Below are positions 20,881 to 35,397 of a DNA stretch of 64,000 nt, one piece after another. The notes under the pieces were generated by a model. That model had not been told where the DNA came from. It saw only the letters and a list, made by a program, of their open reading frames with translations, and did no database searches. How positions within the stretch are numbered: position 1 is the stretch's first letter; each line of letters opens with the position of its first letter. Both the position numbers and the translations under genes were made by a program. Source of the stretch: Sandaracinaceae bacterium. Its GTDB lineage: Bacteria; Myxococcota_A; Polyangia; Polyangiales; Sandaracinaceae. The stretch lies in assembly GCA_044220955.1 (NCBI GenBank), contig JBGAQA010000007.1:47391-111390 (forward strand), given 5' to 3'.

Positions 20881-21873
20881 ATGAGGAAGATGCACCACCG
20901 TCTGGGAGGGAGCGCCGCCGTCTCGGCGCTCGTGGCAGCGATCGCGGTCGCGTGCAGCGGCGGCCACGGCCGCGGCAGCGAGGGGCCGCCGGAGGCCACA
21001 GGCACGGGCGCGACCGGGGCCACGAGCGCGCGCGGAGCCACGCTGAGCCTGAAGGGCTCGGACACGATGGTGATCCTCGCGCAGCGCTTCGCCGAGGGAT
21101 ACATGCACGCGCACGAGGGCACGACGATCCAGGTGTCGGGCGGCGGCTCCGGCACTGGCATCGCGGCGCTCCTCGACGGGACCACCGACATCGCCGACTC
21201 GAGCCGCCCCATCAGCGAGCGCGAGACCTCCGATCTGGCGACGCGTCAGCACGCGGCGCCCCACGAGACCCGCGTCGCGATCGACGCCCTGGCCGTCTAC
21301 GTCCACCAGTCGTCCACGCTACAGAGCCTCACGATGGAGCAGCTCGCGCAGATCTTCACGGGCGCCGTGACCAACTGGTCCGCCGTGGGCGGCCCCGACG
21401 CCCCGATCGTCCTCTACAGCCGCGAGAACAACTCCGGGACGTACGCGTACTTCAAGGAGCACGTTCTCCACAACGCCGACTTCGCGGCGCAGGCGCAGAC
21501 GCTCCCCGGGACCGCCGCGGTGATCAACGCCGTGAGCCACGATCCCAACGGTATCGGCTACGGCGGCATCGGCTACGCCGAGGGCGTACGCGTGCTCGCG
21601 ATCGCCAGCGGCGGCGATCCGATCGCTCCGACCATGGAGAACGCGCTCAGCGGCGCGTACCCGATCTCGCGCTACCTGCTGATGTACACCGCCGGTGAGC
21701 CCAGCGGGCTCGCCGCCGACTTCCTCGCGTGGGTCGTGACCGCCGACGGTCAGGCGCTCGTCGAGGAGGCGGGGTACTACCCGCTCCCGCGCGACGGCAC
21801 GCTGCCCGCCGTCGCGCCGGCGGCCCCCACGGGGCCGACGCCTCCGCCGCCCTCCGGGGGCGCCGAGTCTTGA
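20881..21873 (+). CDS. pstS: Phosphate ABC transporter substrate-binding lipoprotein
   Basis: AVAC lipobox, KGSDTM, GGGSGTG, SSR, RENNSGT, YPISR. Confidence 0.95.
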   Translation: MRKMHHRLGGSAAVSALVAAIAVACSGGHGRGSEGPPEATGTGATGATSARGATLSLKGSDTMVILAQRFAEGYMHAHEGTTIQVSGGGSGTGIAALLDGTTDIADSSRPISERETSDLATRQHAAPHETRVAIDALAVYVHQSSTLQSLTMEQLAQIFTGAVTNWSAVGGPDAPIVLYSRENNSGTYAYFKEHVLHNADFAAQAQTLPGTAAVINAVSHDPNGIGYGGIGYAEGVRVLAIASGGDPIAPTMENALSGAYPISRYLLMYTAGEPSGLAADFLAWVVTADGQALVEEAGYYPLPRDGTLPAVAPAAPTGPTPPPPSGGAES

Positions 21874-22913
21874 CTCCCGGGGGCGAGGCAGGCGCCGAGG
21901 CCCCGATCGCAGCGCCGTCTGCGACGTCGGCCCCCGCGCGCGCGCCTCGTCCAAAGCTCGGCACCGGCTTCCGCGCGCCCCTCGTCGACCGGATCGCGGA
22001 GGCGTTGATCCGCGTCCTGGCGTTCACCGCCGTCGCAGCCATCGTCCTCATCTTCGTTTTCATCGCAAAAGAGGCGCTCCCGCTCTTCTGGGAGCCCGAC
22101 GCGCAGGAGCACATCGGGGGACTCTCGGGACTCGTGCTCCCGCGCGTGTGGCCCGGGCACACGGAGTCCGCGTACCTCTGGCAGCCCGTCGGCGACGTGG
22201 CGAAGATGAACGTCGTTCCGCTCTTCCTCGGCACGCTCCGCGTGACGACCCTGGCGCTGCTCATCGCCGTCCCGCTCGCGATCCTGGCGGCCATCTACGT
22301 CTCCCAGTACGCACCGGTTCGCCTGCGCGAGATCCTCAAGCCCGCGATCGAGCTGCTCGCGAGCATCCCGAGCGTCGTGCTCGGGTTCTTCTCGCTGATC
22401 GTGGTCGCGACGCTCGTCCAGGACGTCTTCGGCTTGACCTACCGTCTCAACGCGCTCGTGGCCGCGATCGGCTTGTCGATGGCCGTGATCCCGCTGGTCT
22501 TCACCATCGCCGAGGATGCCCTGCGCGCCGTCCCGCGCGAGCTCGAAGCTGCCGCGCTCGCGCTCGGAGCTCGAAAGCACCAGGTCGTCCTGCGGGTCGT
22601 GCTCCCCGCAGCGCTGCCGGGCATCGCGGCCGCCGTGATCCTCGGGCTCGGTCGGGCGATCGGCGAGACGATGGTCGTGCTCATGGCATCCGGGAACGCC
22701 GCCGTCATGGACGTGATCTCGCCAGGGGCCAGCGCGCGCACCGTCACCGCCACCATCGCCTCCGAGCTCGGCGAGGTCACCCAGGGCGACGCCCACTGGC
22801 GCGTGCTCTTCTTGCTCGGCGCCGTCCTGTTCCTCGTGACCTTCGTGCTCAACCGCGCCGGCGCGGTCATCGTCGAGCGGCTGCACCAGCACCTCACGGC
22901 GGGACGTCGCTGA
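21870..22913 (+). CDS. pstC: Phosphate ABC transporter permease
   Basis: ELLASIPSVV, RAIGETM; TTG start overlapping the pstS stop (start uncertain). Confidence 0.93.
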   Translation: MTPGGEAGAEAPIAAPSATSAPARAPRPKLGTGFRAPLVDRIAEALIRVLAFTAVAAIVLIFVFIAKEALPLFWEPDAQEHIGGLSGLVLPRVWPGHTESAYLWQPVGDVAKMNVVPLFLGTLRVTTLALLIAVPLAILAAIYVSQYAPVRLREILKPAIELLASIPSVVLGFFSLIVVATLVQDVFGLTYRLNALVAAIGLSMAVIPLVFTIAEDALRAVPRELEAAALALGARKHQVVLRVVLPAALPGIAAAVILGLGRAIGETMVVLMASGNAAVMDVISPGASARTVTATIASELGEVTQGDAHWRVLFLLGAVLFLVTFVLNRAGAVIVERLHQHLTAGRR

Positions 22914-22914
22914 C

Positions 22915-23817
22915 GTGCGCTACACGAGCGCGGACTGGATCCTGGCGGGGCTCTCGCTCCTCGCCGTGGTGATCATCCTCGGCACGACGGGTGTGCTGCT
23001 CGGCCAGGTGATCGTCGAGGGGGCGCCGCACCTCTCCGCGACGTTCCTCACCGAGTCTCCGACCGCCGACATGATGGGCGGCGGCATCTTCCCGGCGATC
23101 TACGGGACGGTCTTGCTGACGCTCCTGATGACCCTGGTCGGGGTGCCGATCGGAGTCGCCACGGGGATCTACCTCGGCGAGTACGCGTCACCGCGCTCTG
23201 CGATCGCGTCGACGATCCGGGCGGCCGTCCAGAACCTCGCCGGGGTGCCCTCCATCGTGTTCGGCCTCTTCGGGCTGGGGTTCTTCGTGATGTTCGTCGG
23301 ACGAGGGCTCGATGGGCTCCTGTATCTCCCGGGCGAGGGCCCGGTGTGGGGCCAGCCGGCCGTGATCTGGTCGTCGCTGACGCTCGCGGTGCTGACGCTG
23401 CCCGTCGTCATCGTCACGACGGAAGAAGCGCTCCGGAACGTCCCGCGCGATCTGCGGCTGGCGGCGCTGGGTCTGGGTGCCACGCGCTTCCAGACGCTCG
23501 TCCGTGTCGTGTTGCCCAACGCATCGAGCGGCATCCTCACGGGCGTCATCCTCGCCGTGAGCCGGGGCGCCGGCGAGGTGGCCCCGATCATCTTCACGGG
23601 TGCCGCGAACTTCCTGCCCTATCTGCCGACGGATCTGCGCGACATGTACATGCACCTGGGCTATCACGTGTTCGCGCTCTCGACGCAGAGCCCCAACGTG
23701 GACCAAGCCCGTCCGGTCCTCTTCGCCACCGTCACGGTGCTGCTCGTGCTCACGTTCTCGCTGAATCTGGTCGCGGTCGTCTTGCGCAGCCGTACCCGCG
23801 CGAAGTACGCAGCGTGA
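22915..23817 (+). CDS. pstA: Phosphate ABC transporter permease
   Basis: NLAGVPSIVFGLFG, RGAGEVAP. Confidence 0.93.
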   Translation: MRYTSADWILAGLSLLAVVIILGTTGVLLGQVIVEGAPHLSATFLTESPTADMMGGGIFPAIYGTVLLTLLMTLVGVPIGVATGIYLGEYASPRSAIASTIRAAVQNLAGVPSIVFGLFGLGFFVMFVGRGLDGLLYLPGEGPVWGQPAVIWSSLTLAVLTLPVVIVTTEEALRNVPRDLRLAALGLGATRFQTLVRVVLPNASSGILTGVILAVSRGAGEVAPIIFTGAANFLPYLPTDLRDMYMHLGYHVFALSTQSPNVDQARPVLFATVTVLLVLTFSLNLVAVVLRSRTRAKYAA

Positions 23818-23820
23818 CGG

Positions 23821-24600
23821 ATGAACCAGACTCCCCAGACGGCTGCGCCGCTGAAGGTCGAGACGCGTGACGTCAGCGTGTTCTACGGCGACAAGCGCGC
23901 GATCTCGAAGGTCACGCTGCCGATCGGCGAGAACCACGTCACGGCGCTGATCGGCCCGAGTGGCTGTGGCAAGTCGACGTTCCTGCGCTCGCTCAACCGC
24001 ATGAACGATCTCGTCGATGGCTGCCGCGTGGAGGGGACGATCCTCCTCGATGGCGAGGACATCTACGCGAGCAAGGTCGATCCGGTCGAGGTGCGTCGTC
24101 GGGTGGGCATGGTGTTCCAGCGCAGCAATCCCTTCCCGAAGAGCGTGTTCGAGAACGTCGCCTTCGGCCTGCGCATCCATGGCGAGAAGCGCGAGTCGGT
24201 GCTCGCGGAGGCGGTCGAGAAGTCGCTCCGCGGCGCCGCGCTCTGGGACGAGGTGAAGGATCGGCTCGACGAGTCGGCCCTCTCGCTCTCGGGGGGTCAG
24301 CAGCAGCGTCTCTGCATCGCGCGCGCGCTCGCCATCGCTCCCGAGGTGATCCTCATGGACGAGCCCGCCTCGGCGCTGGATCCGATCGCGACGGCCCGTA
24401 TCGAGGAGCTGATTCGCGAGCTCAGCGAGAAGTACACGATCATCATCGTCACCCACTCGATGCAACAGGCCGCGCGCGTGAGCGACTTCACCGCCTTCTT
24501 CTACATGGGCGAGCTGATCGAGCACGGCGAGACCAATCAGGTCTTCACGCGGCCGCGCGAACGAAGGACCGAGGACTACATCACCGGCCGATTCGGCTGA
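23821..24600 (+). CDS. pstB: Phosphate ABC transporter ATPase
   Basis: [32 protein letters not shown]. Confidence 0.97.
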   Translation: MNQTPQTAAPLKVETRDVSVFYGDKRAISKVTLPIGENHVTALIGPSGCGKSTFLRSLNRMNDLVDGCRVEGTILLDGEDIYASKVDPVEVRRRVGMVFQRSNPFPKSVFENVAFGLRIHGEKRESVLAEAVEKSLRGAALWDEVKDRLDESALSLSGGQQQRLCIARALAIAPEVILMDEPASALDPIATARIEELIRELSEKYTIIIVTHSMQQAARVSDFTAFFYMGELIEHGETNQVFTRPRERRTEDYITGRFG

Positions 24601-24642
24601 GGCGGATCGGCCCTCGGGCCAGAGGCCTCAGGCCAAAGGCCC

Positions 24643-25773
24643 TCAGGCCAGCGGGTCGTCCAGCTCCACGTCACGAACGTCGCGCTGGGCCCGGCGCTCG
24701 CTCTGCTGTCGCCGGACGAACTCGACCATCACGTCGACGTAGGTCTCGAAGCGCGGGCACGTCGGTCCGGTCTCTCCGAGGATCTCCCGTGCGCCGCGGT
24801 CGTCGTAGTTGACCTCGGTCGCGAGCTGCTCGAGGAAAGTCCGCGGCACGTTCGCGAATCGCTCGAGCCCGGGGGTACGCAGGAGCGCGGTCGCGAGGTT
24901 GGTCGGCACCGATCCACGCGGCGAAGGCCGCCCCGCTGCGTGCGCGATGAGCTGGAAGACCTCACGCGCGGACGAGGGCCTCGGGTCCACGAGGTGGAAG
25001 GCGCGCCCGATGGCCCGCGGGTCGCGCGCGATCGCGGAGCCAGCATCCACCACGTAGTCGATCGGCACGAGGTTCAGCGGGACGTCGCCGCTACCGGGCA
25101 AGGGCACCCGGAGATCGACCGGCGCGCTCAGCATGAGCATCACGAGCAAGTAGGGTCCCTCGAACCGATCGATCTCGCCCGTCCGCGAGTCACCGACCAG
25201 GATCGAGGGCCGCAGGATCGTGATGGGCAGCGATGCCATGGCATCACGCATCAACCGCTCGCCGCGCGCGCGGGTCTCCTCGACGACGTTGCGGAAGGGG
25301 CCCCGCTCGAGCTCGTCCTCGCGAACGGTCCCTCGACGCTTGCCCGAGACGAGCGCGCTCGACCAGTGGACGAGCCGCTCGAGGTGGGCGGCTTCGCGCC
25401 CGAGCTCCAGCACCTCGCGGACGCCCTCCACGTTCAGCCGCTCCGCGACGTCGCGCTCGACTCCGAGGTAGGTCGCCGCGGCGCAGTGGTGCACGACGTC
25501 CACCTCGCGCGCGAGCGCGAGGAACTCCCCGCCCGAGAGCCCGAGGTCCATCGACGCGACGTCGCCCTCCAGCGTCCGCACGCGGGCGCGCTGCGCCGGC
25601 TCGAGCTGGGCGAGCAGCTCGCTCGCGCGCTCGACGAACTTCTCCTGCACGAGGCAGCGCAGCTCGGTCCGCGGCTCCTCGTCGAGGATCTTCCGCACCA
25701 TCCGCACCGCGAGGAAGCTCGTCGGAAAGCCCGTCACCAGCGTGACCCGTGACATCTCGGCCGACCGCTTCAT
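24643..25773 (-). CDS. Extended SDR / NAD-binding reductase-like protein
   Basis: LVTGFPTSFL, VHHCAA, ILRPSILVGDS, NLVPIDYV; YxxxK appears degenerate (VEETR). Confidence 0.8.
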   Translation of the reverse strand: MKRSAEMSRVTLVTGFPTSFLAVRMVRKILDEEPRTELRCLVQEKFVERASELLAQLEPAQRARVRTLEGDVASMDLGLSGGEFLALAREVDVVHHCAAATYLGVERDVAERLNVEGVREVLELGREAAHLERLVHWSSALVSGKRRGTVREDELERGPFRNVVEETRARGERLMRDAMASLPITILRPSILVGDSRTGEIDRFEGPYLLVMLMLSAPVDLRVPLPGSGDVPLNLVPIDYVVDAGSAIARDPRAIGRAFHLVDPRPSSAREVFQLIAHAAGRPSPRGSVPTNLATALLRTPGLERFANVPRTFLEQLATEVNYDDRGAREILGETGPTCPRFETYVDVMVEFVRRQQSERRAQRDVRDVELDDPLA

Positions 25774-25786
25774 CGTGGAGATCCTC

Positions 25787-26395
25787 TCATCCGCCGAAGC
25801 GCGCGAGAAGGGCTGCGTGCACCTCGCGCGTCCGAGCCTCGAGCTCCGCCTCGTCCCCGTCGTTCCAGATCACGTAGTCCGCGACCGCGACCTTCTTCTC
25901 GAGAGGGTACTGCGCGGCCATCCGCGCGCGCGCGGCGGCGGTGTCGAGCCCGTCGCGCGCCGCCACGCGCCGGAGCTGGGTCTGCTCCGAAGCGGCGACG
26001 ACGACCAGCGCCTGGAACATCCGGTACGACCCGTTCTCGACGAGCAGCGTGGCCTCGTAGATGGCGAGCGGCTCTCCGCGCGACGCCGCGGCCGCCATGA
26101 GCTGCATGCTGCGCGCGAAGATCCGCGGGTGGGTGATCTGTTCGAGCTGCTTCCGGCAGGCGGCGTCCTCGAACACGATCGCGGCCAGCTTCTTGCGGTC
26201 GAGCGAGCCGTCCGCGTCCAGCACCTCGCTGCCGAACGCGCCCACGATCTCGGCCAGGCCCTCGCTCCCCCGCTCCACGACCTCCCTGGCGACCTCGTCG
26301 GCGTCCACCACGGTCGCGCCGAGCTTGCCGAACAGCCGGCCGACCGTGCTCTTGCCCGAAGCGATGCCCCCGGTCAGTCCGACGAACGCAGTCAC
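25787..26395 (-). CDS. coaE: Dephospho-CoA kinase
   Basis: GLTGGIASGKSTV, DADEVAR, LDRKKL, THPRI; GTG start at 26395. Confidence 0.95.
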   Translation of the reverse strand: MTAFVGLTGGIASGKSTVGRLFGKLGATVVDADEVAREVVERGSEGLAEIVGAFGSEVLDADGSLDRKKLAAIVFEDAACRKQLEQITHPRIFARSMQLMAAAASRGEPLAIYEATLLVENGSYRMFQALVVVAASEQTQLRRVAARDGLDTAAARARMAAQYPLEKKVAVADYVIWNDGDEAELEARTREVHAALLARFGG

Positions 26396-26438
26396 GCTGC
26401 GCTTCCTACCACGCGTGCGTCGCGCTACACCGCGCGAC

Positions 26439-26888
26439 GTGCGAGCGGTCGTCCAGCGTGTGCGTAGCGCCTCGGTGGTCGTCGACGGCGAGGTCGTCGG
26501 CGCCATCGCGGGGGGGCTGCTGGTCTACCTCGGCGCCGAGAAGGGCGACGGCGCGCCGGATCTCGACTACCTCGTTCCGAAGGTCGCGAACCTCCGCATC
26601 TTCGAGGGCGAGGACGGCAAGATGACGCGCGCCCTGCTCGACGTCGCGGGCTCTCTGCTCGTCGTCTCGCAGTTCACCCTCTTCGGCGACGTGCGGCGCG
26701 GCCGGCGCCCCTCGTTCGACGACGCCGCGCCCCCGGCGGACGCCGAGCGCCTCTACGACGACGCCTGCGCGCGCCTTCGCGCCCTCGGGCTGCGGGTGGC
26801 GACGGGCCGGTTTCGCGCGCACATGATCGTGCGGAGCGAGGGGGACGGCCCGGTGACCATCCTCATCGACAGCCGCAAGCGCTTCTGA
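26439..26888 (+). CDS. dtd: D-aminoacyl-tRNA deacylase
   Basis: RAVVQRV, LRIF, SQFTL, DGPVT; GTG start at 26439. Confidence 0.96.
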   Translation: MRAVVQRVRSASVVVDGEVVGAIAGGLLVYLGAEKGDGAPDLDYLVPKVANLRIFEGEDGKMTRALLDVAGSLLVVSQFTLFGDVRRGRRPSFDDAAPPADAERLYDDACARLRALGLRVATGRFRAHMIVRSEGDGPVTILIDSRKRF

Positions 26889-26895
26889 GGCTCCC

Positions 26896-27933
26896 ATGTC
26901 GATTCGTTACGAGATTCGCGCCGCGACGTCCGCCGACCATGCGGACCTGCTGGAGCTCGCCCGCTACCTCGACTCGGTGAACCTGCCGAACGACGCGGCG
27001 ACGATCGCCCAGATCCTCGATCTGTCGGAGCGCAGCTTCAACGGCGAGATCGGCGACCCGCGCCGCGCCGAGTACGTGTTCGTTCTGCGCGATCTCGAGG
27101 CCAAGCGTGCGGTCGGGACCTCGATGGTCATCGGGCAGCTCGGTCGCCGCGACGCGCCCTACATCTACTTCGACGTCCACACCGAGGAGCGATACTCGCA
27201 GACGCTCGATCGGCACTTCAGCCACGAGGTCCTCTCGATCGGGTACTCGTACAACGGCCCGACGGAGATCGGTGGCCTGGTCGTGCACCCCGACGCCCGC
27301 CGCGCGCCGGAGCACCTCGGCATGCTCATCTCGTACGTGCGCTTCCTGTGGATCGCCGCGCACCGCGACCTCTGCCAGCCGCGCGTCCTCGCCGAGCTCC
27401 TGCCGCCGCTCGAGCCGGATGGCACTTCCCACCTCTGGGAGGCCGTAGGACGCCATTTCACCGGCCTGACCTACCGCGAGGCCGACCGTCTCTCGAAGAA
27501 GAACAAGGAGTTCATCCGGGGCCTGTTCCCGGACGGCGACATCTACGCCTCCCTCCTCGGACCCGAGGCCCGCGCGGTGATCGGGAAGGTCGGCAGCCAG
27601 ACCCGCGGCGTCGAGAAGCTCCTGAAACGAATCGGATTCCGCTACTGGGATCGCGTCGACCCCTTCGATGGCGGCCCCCATTTCGTCGCCCAGGCCGACG
27701 AGGTGACCCTCGTCCAGCGGACGCTCCGCGTCCAGGCGAGGGCCGCGGGTGCGGACCTCCGCTCGGCGCCGCGCTGTCTGCTGGCCATCGAGCACGAGGG
27801 GGCGCCGTTTTTCCGTGCAATTCCGACGCCCTTTCGGCCTCTGTCGCCCTCGACCATCGAGGTGCCGCGCGACGCGCTCGCGCACCTCGGACTCGCCTCC
27901 GGCGCCGCTGCGATCTCCCTCCCCCTCGATTGA
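26896..27933 (+). CDS. astA: Arginine N-succinyltransferase
   Basis: NLP, YVFVL, GPTEIGGL, S..RFL, AEL, LLKRIGF, VDPFDGGP. Confidence 0.88.
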   Translation: MSIRYEIRAATSADHADLLELARYLDSVNLPNDAATIAQILDLSERSFNGEIGDPRRAEYVFVLRDLEAKRAVGTSMVIGQLGRRDAPYIYFDVHTEERYSQTLDRHFSHEVLSIGYSYNGPTEIGGLVVHPDARRAPEHLGMLISYVRFLWIAAHRDLCQPRVLAELLPPLEPDGTSHLWEAVGRHFTGLTYREADRLSKKNKEFIRGLFPDGDIYASLLGPEARAVIGKVGSQTRGVEKLLKRIGFRYWDRVDPFDGGPHFVAQADEVTLVQRTLRVQARAAGADLRSAPRCLLAIEHEGAPFFRAIPTPFRPLSPSTIEVPRDALAHLGLASGAAAISLPLD

Positions 27934-28009
27934 GCAGGTGCGCGGTCGCGGTTTCGCGCCTATTTCCCGCTCGTTCTCGAGCAGTGGCGCGATTTTTCGG
28001 CTCACGCGT

Positions 28010-28037
28010 TTGACACCCCCGCCCTCGATGCTAGATC
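28010..28037 (+). promoter_or_regulatory. rrn P1-like promoter
   Basis: TTGACA, 16 bp spacer, TAGATC with extended TG and a GC-rich discriminator. Confidence 0.7.
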
Positions 28038-28120
28038 CGGCCCTCTCGCGAGCGACCTGCGGTTTCACCCAGGAAATCCAGCCACTTCCGAGAGAACCTG
28101 AGCGTCCGAAGAAAAACTCC

Positions 28121-28148
28121 TTGACGTCTTCGCAGACCGGAGTACAAA
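28121..28148 (+). promoter_or_regulatory. rrn P2-like promoter
   Basis: A-tract, then TTGACG, 16 bp spacer, TACAAA. Confidence 0.65.
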
Positions 28149-28491
28149 GCGCCCCCTTCCACTGAAGAGCCGGTCCCCTTCGTTCGGCTCCCGACCAGCA
28201 GAAGTTGACGTGGAGAGCAATCTCCGCTAGGCTCCTAAGCCCCCGAGACGGCGCCCTCGACAAGAGGTTTGCCATCTCCTCGGTCCTTGAAAACCGAATC
28301 GGACGACTCCGTGATTGAATTCACGGGTCCCGCATCTCGAAAGAGATGCACGGTCTCTCGAAAGAGAGATTGTCGAGTAAGAGCAACGAGTTCGACTCGA
28401 GGCACTCACCTTCGATGGTGACGGTCACGAGAAGAGCTTGGGTCTCGCTCACAGTAGGCGGTTCCGACTTCGGTCGGAGCTACCAAGAATC

Positions 28492-30054
<1,563 letters not shown>

Positions 30055-30290
30055 CGAATACTGATTCTCGGCTCTTCGGAGCGACGGAGAACAGTCAGCT
30101 CGGTCAAGCCCGTCGAATCTCTAGAGCTTCGAGCTCGAAATCACAAAAGTCGTCCGGTCCGGTTTTCAGGGGCCGATCCCGTCCGCCCGCCGCCTCAATT
30201 TCCCCGAGGCTGCCGGCCAAAGAGACGGATCGCTCCTTGAAACGATGGAACCCTCACGCCCCGATCCACCGATCTGGGCGATTCGCATCC

Positions 30291-30364
<74 letters not shown>

Positions 30365-30376
30365 CTCTGGACCTCC

Positions 30377-30449
30377 GGGGTTGTAGCTCAGCTGGGAGAG
30401 CACCGGCTTTGCAAGCCGGGGGTCACCGGTTCGATCCCGGTCAGCTCCA
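30377..30449 (+). tRNA. tRNA-Ala(TGC), CCA not encoded
   Basis: Acceptor GGGGTTG/CAGCTCC with G3:U70, anticodon loop TTTGCAA. Confidence 0.97.
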
Positions 30450-30717
30450 TCAGGGTCTCCATCGACACGAGTCGTTCTCTGGTCTTCCTTCACGAGCTCC
30501 TCTCGAGCTGGTGAGCGAAGACGAGGCATCGCCTCGGTGGCTCTCTGAAAACTGAATATGGAAGTGTGTTGCTGAATCGGTCCAGGCATCTCCTGGGCTG
30601 GTTCTGTAGACGAGTCTATGGCGCGACACCGCGGCGAGTCGGCGGAGACCCATCGAGAGATGGAGCTCTTGCGACGAACCCCGGTCTCGAGTCACGACGC
30701 GTGCCTTAGGGATAATT

Positions 30718-33678
<2,961 letters not shown>

Positions 33679-33888
33679 ATCTCTAAGGCAAACGTCAGAT
33701 TCGAGATCGGGGTTGGGAGTAAGAGCCGTTGCGCCACCGCGAGGTGGAAACGAGCCGCTCTCGGCCCCGCGGTACCTCCAGACGCTGGTTCTTCGGAACG
33801 GCGGGAGGGCGCACACGAGCTCGAGACGACAGGTGACTGTCCAATCTCCGAGCCGTGTAGACGAGTCGAGAGACACACTTCCGCATCT

Positions 33889-34004
33889 TCCGGTGGCAAC
33901 GTCGGAGGGGCCATACCCGATCCCATCCCGAACTCGGAAGTCAAGCCCTCCAGAGCCGATGGTACTGCTCGCGTGAGTGAGTGGGAGAGTAGGACGCCGC
34001 CGGG
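33889..34004 (+). rRNA. rrf: 5S rRNA
   Basis: CCCATCCCGAACTC, GCCGATGGTACT, GGGAGAGTAGG; terminal stem. Confidence 0.97.
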
Positions 34005-34013
34005 TCTATCTTC

Positions 34014-34053
34014 GAGCCCCGCTTCGTGATGAACGAAGCGGGGCTCTCTTTTT
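34014..34053 (+). terminator. Intrinsic terminator of the rRNA operon
   Basis: Perfect 14-bp stem GAGCCCCGCTTCGT/ACGAAGCGGGGCTC followed by TCTTTTT. Confidence 0.92.
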
Positions 34054-34095
34054 CCGTCTCGCGCTTTGCGCGCGGCGTGGTAGCCGTGGCCGGAA

Positions 34096-35349
34096 ATGAG
34101 CGAGCATCCCTACTTCTTCACCTGGGCGGCACAGCGCGGCGCGGTGCCCCAGGAGATCGTCGGCGGTGAGGGTGCGAGGTTTCGGACCGCTGACGGGGCC
34201 ACGTGGCTCGACTTCGCATCGCTCTCGTACCAGGCGAACCTGGGGCACGGCAACCAGCGGGTCATCGACGCGATCAAGCGCCAGGCAGACGCGCTCCTTC
34301 TGACCACACCCGGCGGCGCCTATCCGGCCAAGACCGCCCTCGCGCGGCGGCTTCTCGAGAAGGCGCCGCCCGGGTTCACCAAGGTGTTCTTCACCCTCGG
34401 CGGCGCGGAGGCGACCGAGAACGCCCTCAAGATCGCGCGGATGGTGACCGGGCGCCACAAGCTCGTCGCGCGCTATCGCAGCTATCACGGGGCCTCGATG
34501 GGCGCGCTCAGTCTGAGTGGGGACTACCGGCGGCCGCCGCTCGAGCCGGGCCTGGTCGGTGTGGTCCACGTGCTGGACTGCTACGAGTCACGGCTCGCGG
34601 GAGGCGCGCGAATCGTCGAAGGCGGCGGCTCCGCAGAGGCGCTCGGTCGAACCTTGGAGCTCGAGGGCCCTCGGTCGGTCGCCGCGGTGTTCATCGAGCC
34701 GGTGCCCGGCGCGAACGGGGTGCTCGTGCCGCCGCGCGGCTACTGGGACGAGGTCCGCGCCGCGTGCGACCGGCAGGGGACCCTGCTGGTGGCCGACTGC
34801 GTGCTCGACGGCTTCGGGCGCCTCGGAGCGTTCTACGGGTTCGAGGCGATCGGCGCCGCCGCCCCGGACCTGATCACGATCAGCAAAGGCCTGACCGGCG
34901 GATACGCGCCACTGGGGGCGGTCCTCGTTCACGAGCGCGTCGCCAGCTTCTTCGAGGATCACGTCCTCTACGCCGGGCTCACGTTCTACGGGCACCCACT
35001 CGGCGTCGCCGCCGCGCTCGAGGCGATGGCGGTCTACGACGACGAACAGCTCGTCGCACGGGCTCGCATCCTCGGGGACCGCCTGCGCGCGGCCGTCGAG
35101 TCCATGCAGGACCGGCACCGCGGCCTGATCCTGCGGACTCGCTCGCTCGGCCTGCTCGCGGCCATCGAGCTCGACGTGGACGACGCGCGGTTCGGGCGGC
35201 TCGAGCGCGAGCTGGCTGGCCGGCGCCTGATGACGCATCCGAACCGGCGCATCCGCACGCTGATCGTCTCGCCGCCGCTGGTCGTACGCGAGGACGAGCT
35301 CGACGAGGGTCTCGCCGCGCTCGAGGCGTCGCTGCTCGCCTCCGCGTGA
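34096..35349 (+). CDS. Class-III PLP aminotransferase (omega-amino acid type)
   Basis: GGAEATENA, YRSYHGAS, IEPV, ADCVLDGFGR, PDLITISKGLTGG with an intact PLP Lys (codon 34885). Confidence 0.92.
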   Translation: MSEHPYFFTWAAQRGAVPQEIVGGEGARFRTADGATWLDFASLSYQANLGHGNQRVIDAIKRQADALLLTTPGGAYPAKTALARRLLEKAPPGFTKVFFTLGGAEATENALKIARMVTGRHKLVARYRSYHGASMGALSLSGDYRRPPLEPGLVGVVHVLDCYESRLAGGARIVEGGGSAEALGRTLELEGPRSVAAVFIEPVPGANGVLVPPRGYWDEVRAACDRQGTLLVADCVLDGFGRLGAFYGFEAIGAAAPDLITISKGLTGGYAPLGAVLVHERVASFFEDHVLYAGLTFYGHPLGVAAALEAMAVYDDEQLVARARILGDRLRAAVESMQDRHRGLILRTRSLGLLAAIELDVDDARFGRLERELAGRRLMTHPNRRIRTLIVSPPLVVREDELDEGLAALEASLLASA

Positions 35350-35397
35350 TGCTTCGGCCGGGTGCGTGAGCTGCGGGGCGGTCTATGCTCACGTGTG

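Noticed and set aside
28150..28490. Hairpin-rich rrn leader (two CTC-GAAA-GAG hairpins) as a separate ncRNA
   Set aside because: Explained by the rrn leader: a boxA-like GTCCTTGAAAAC and a segment complementary to 30148-30175 (16S processing stem)
33679..33888. 210-nt structured 23S-5S spacer as a tRNA or novel RNA
   Set aside because: No cloverleaf; CACACTTCC pairs with GGAAGTGTG near 30561, consistent with a processing stem
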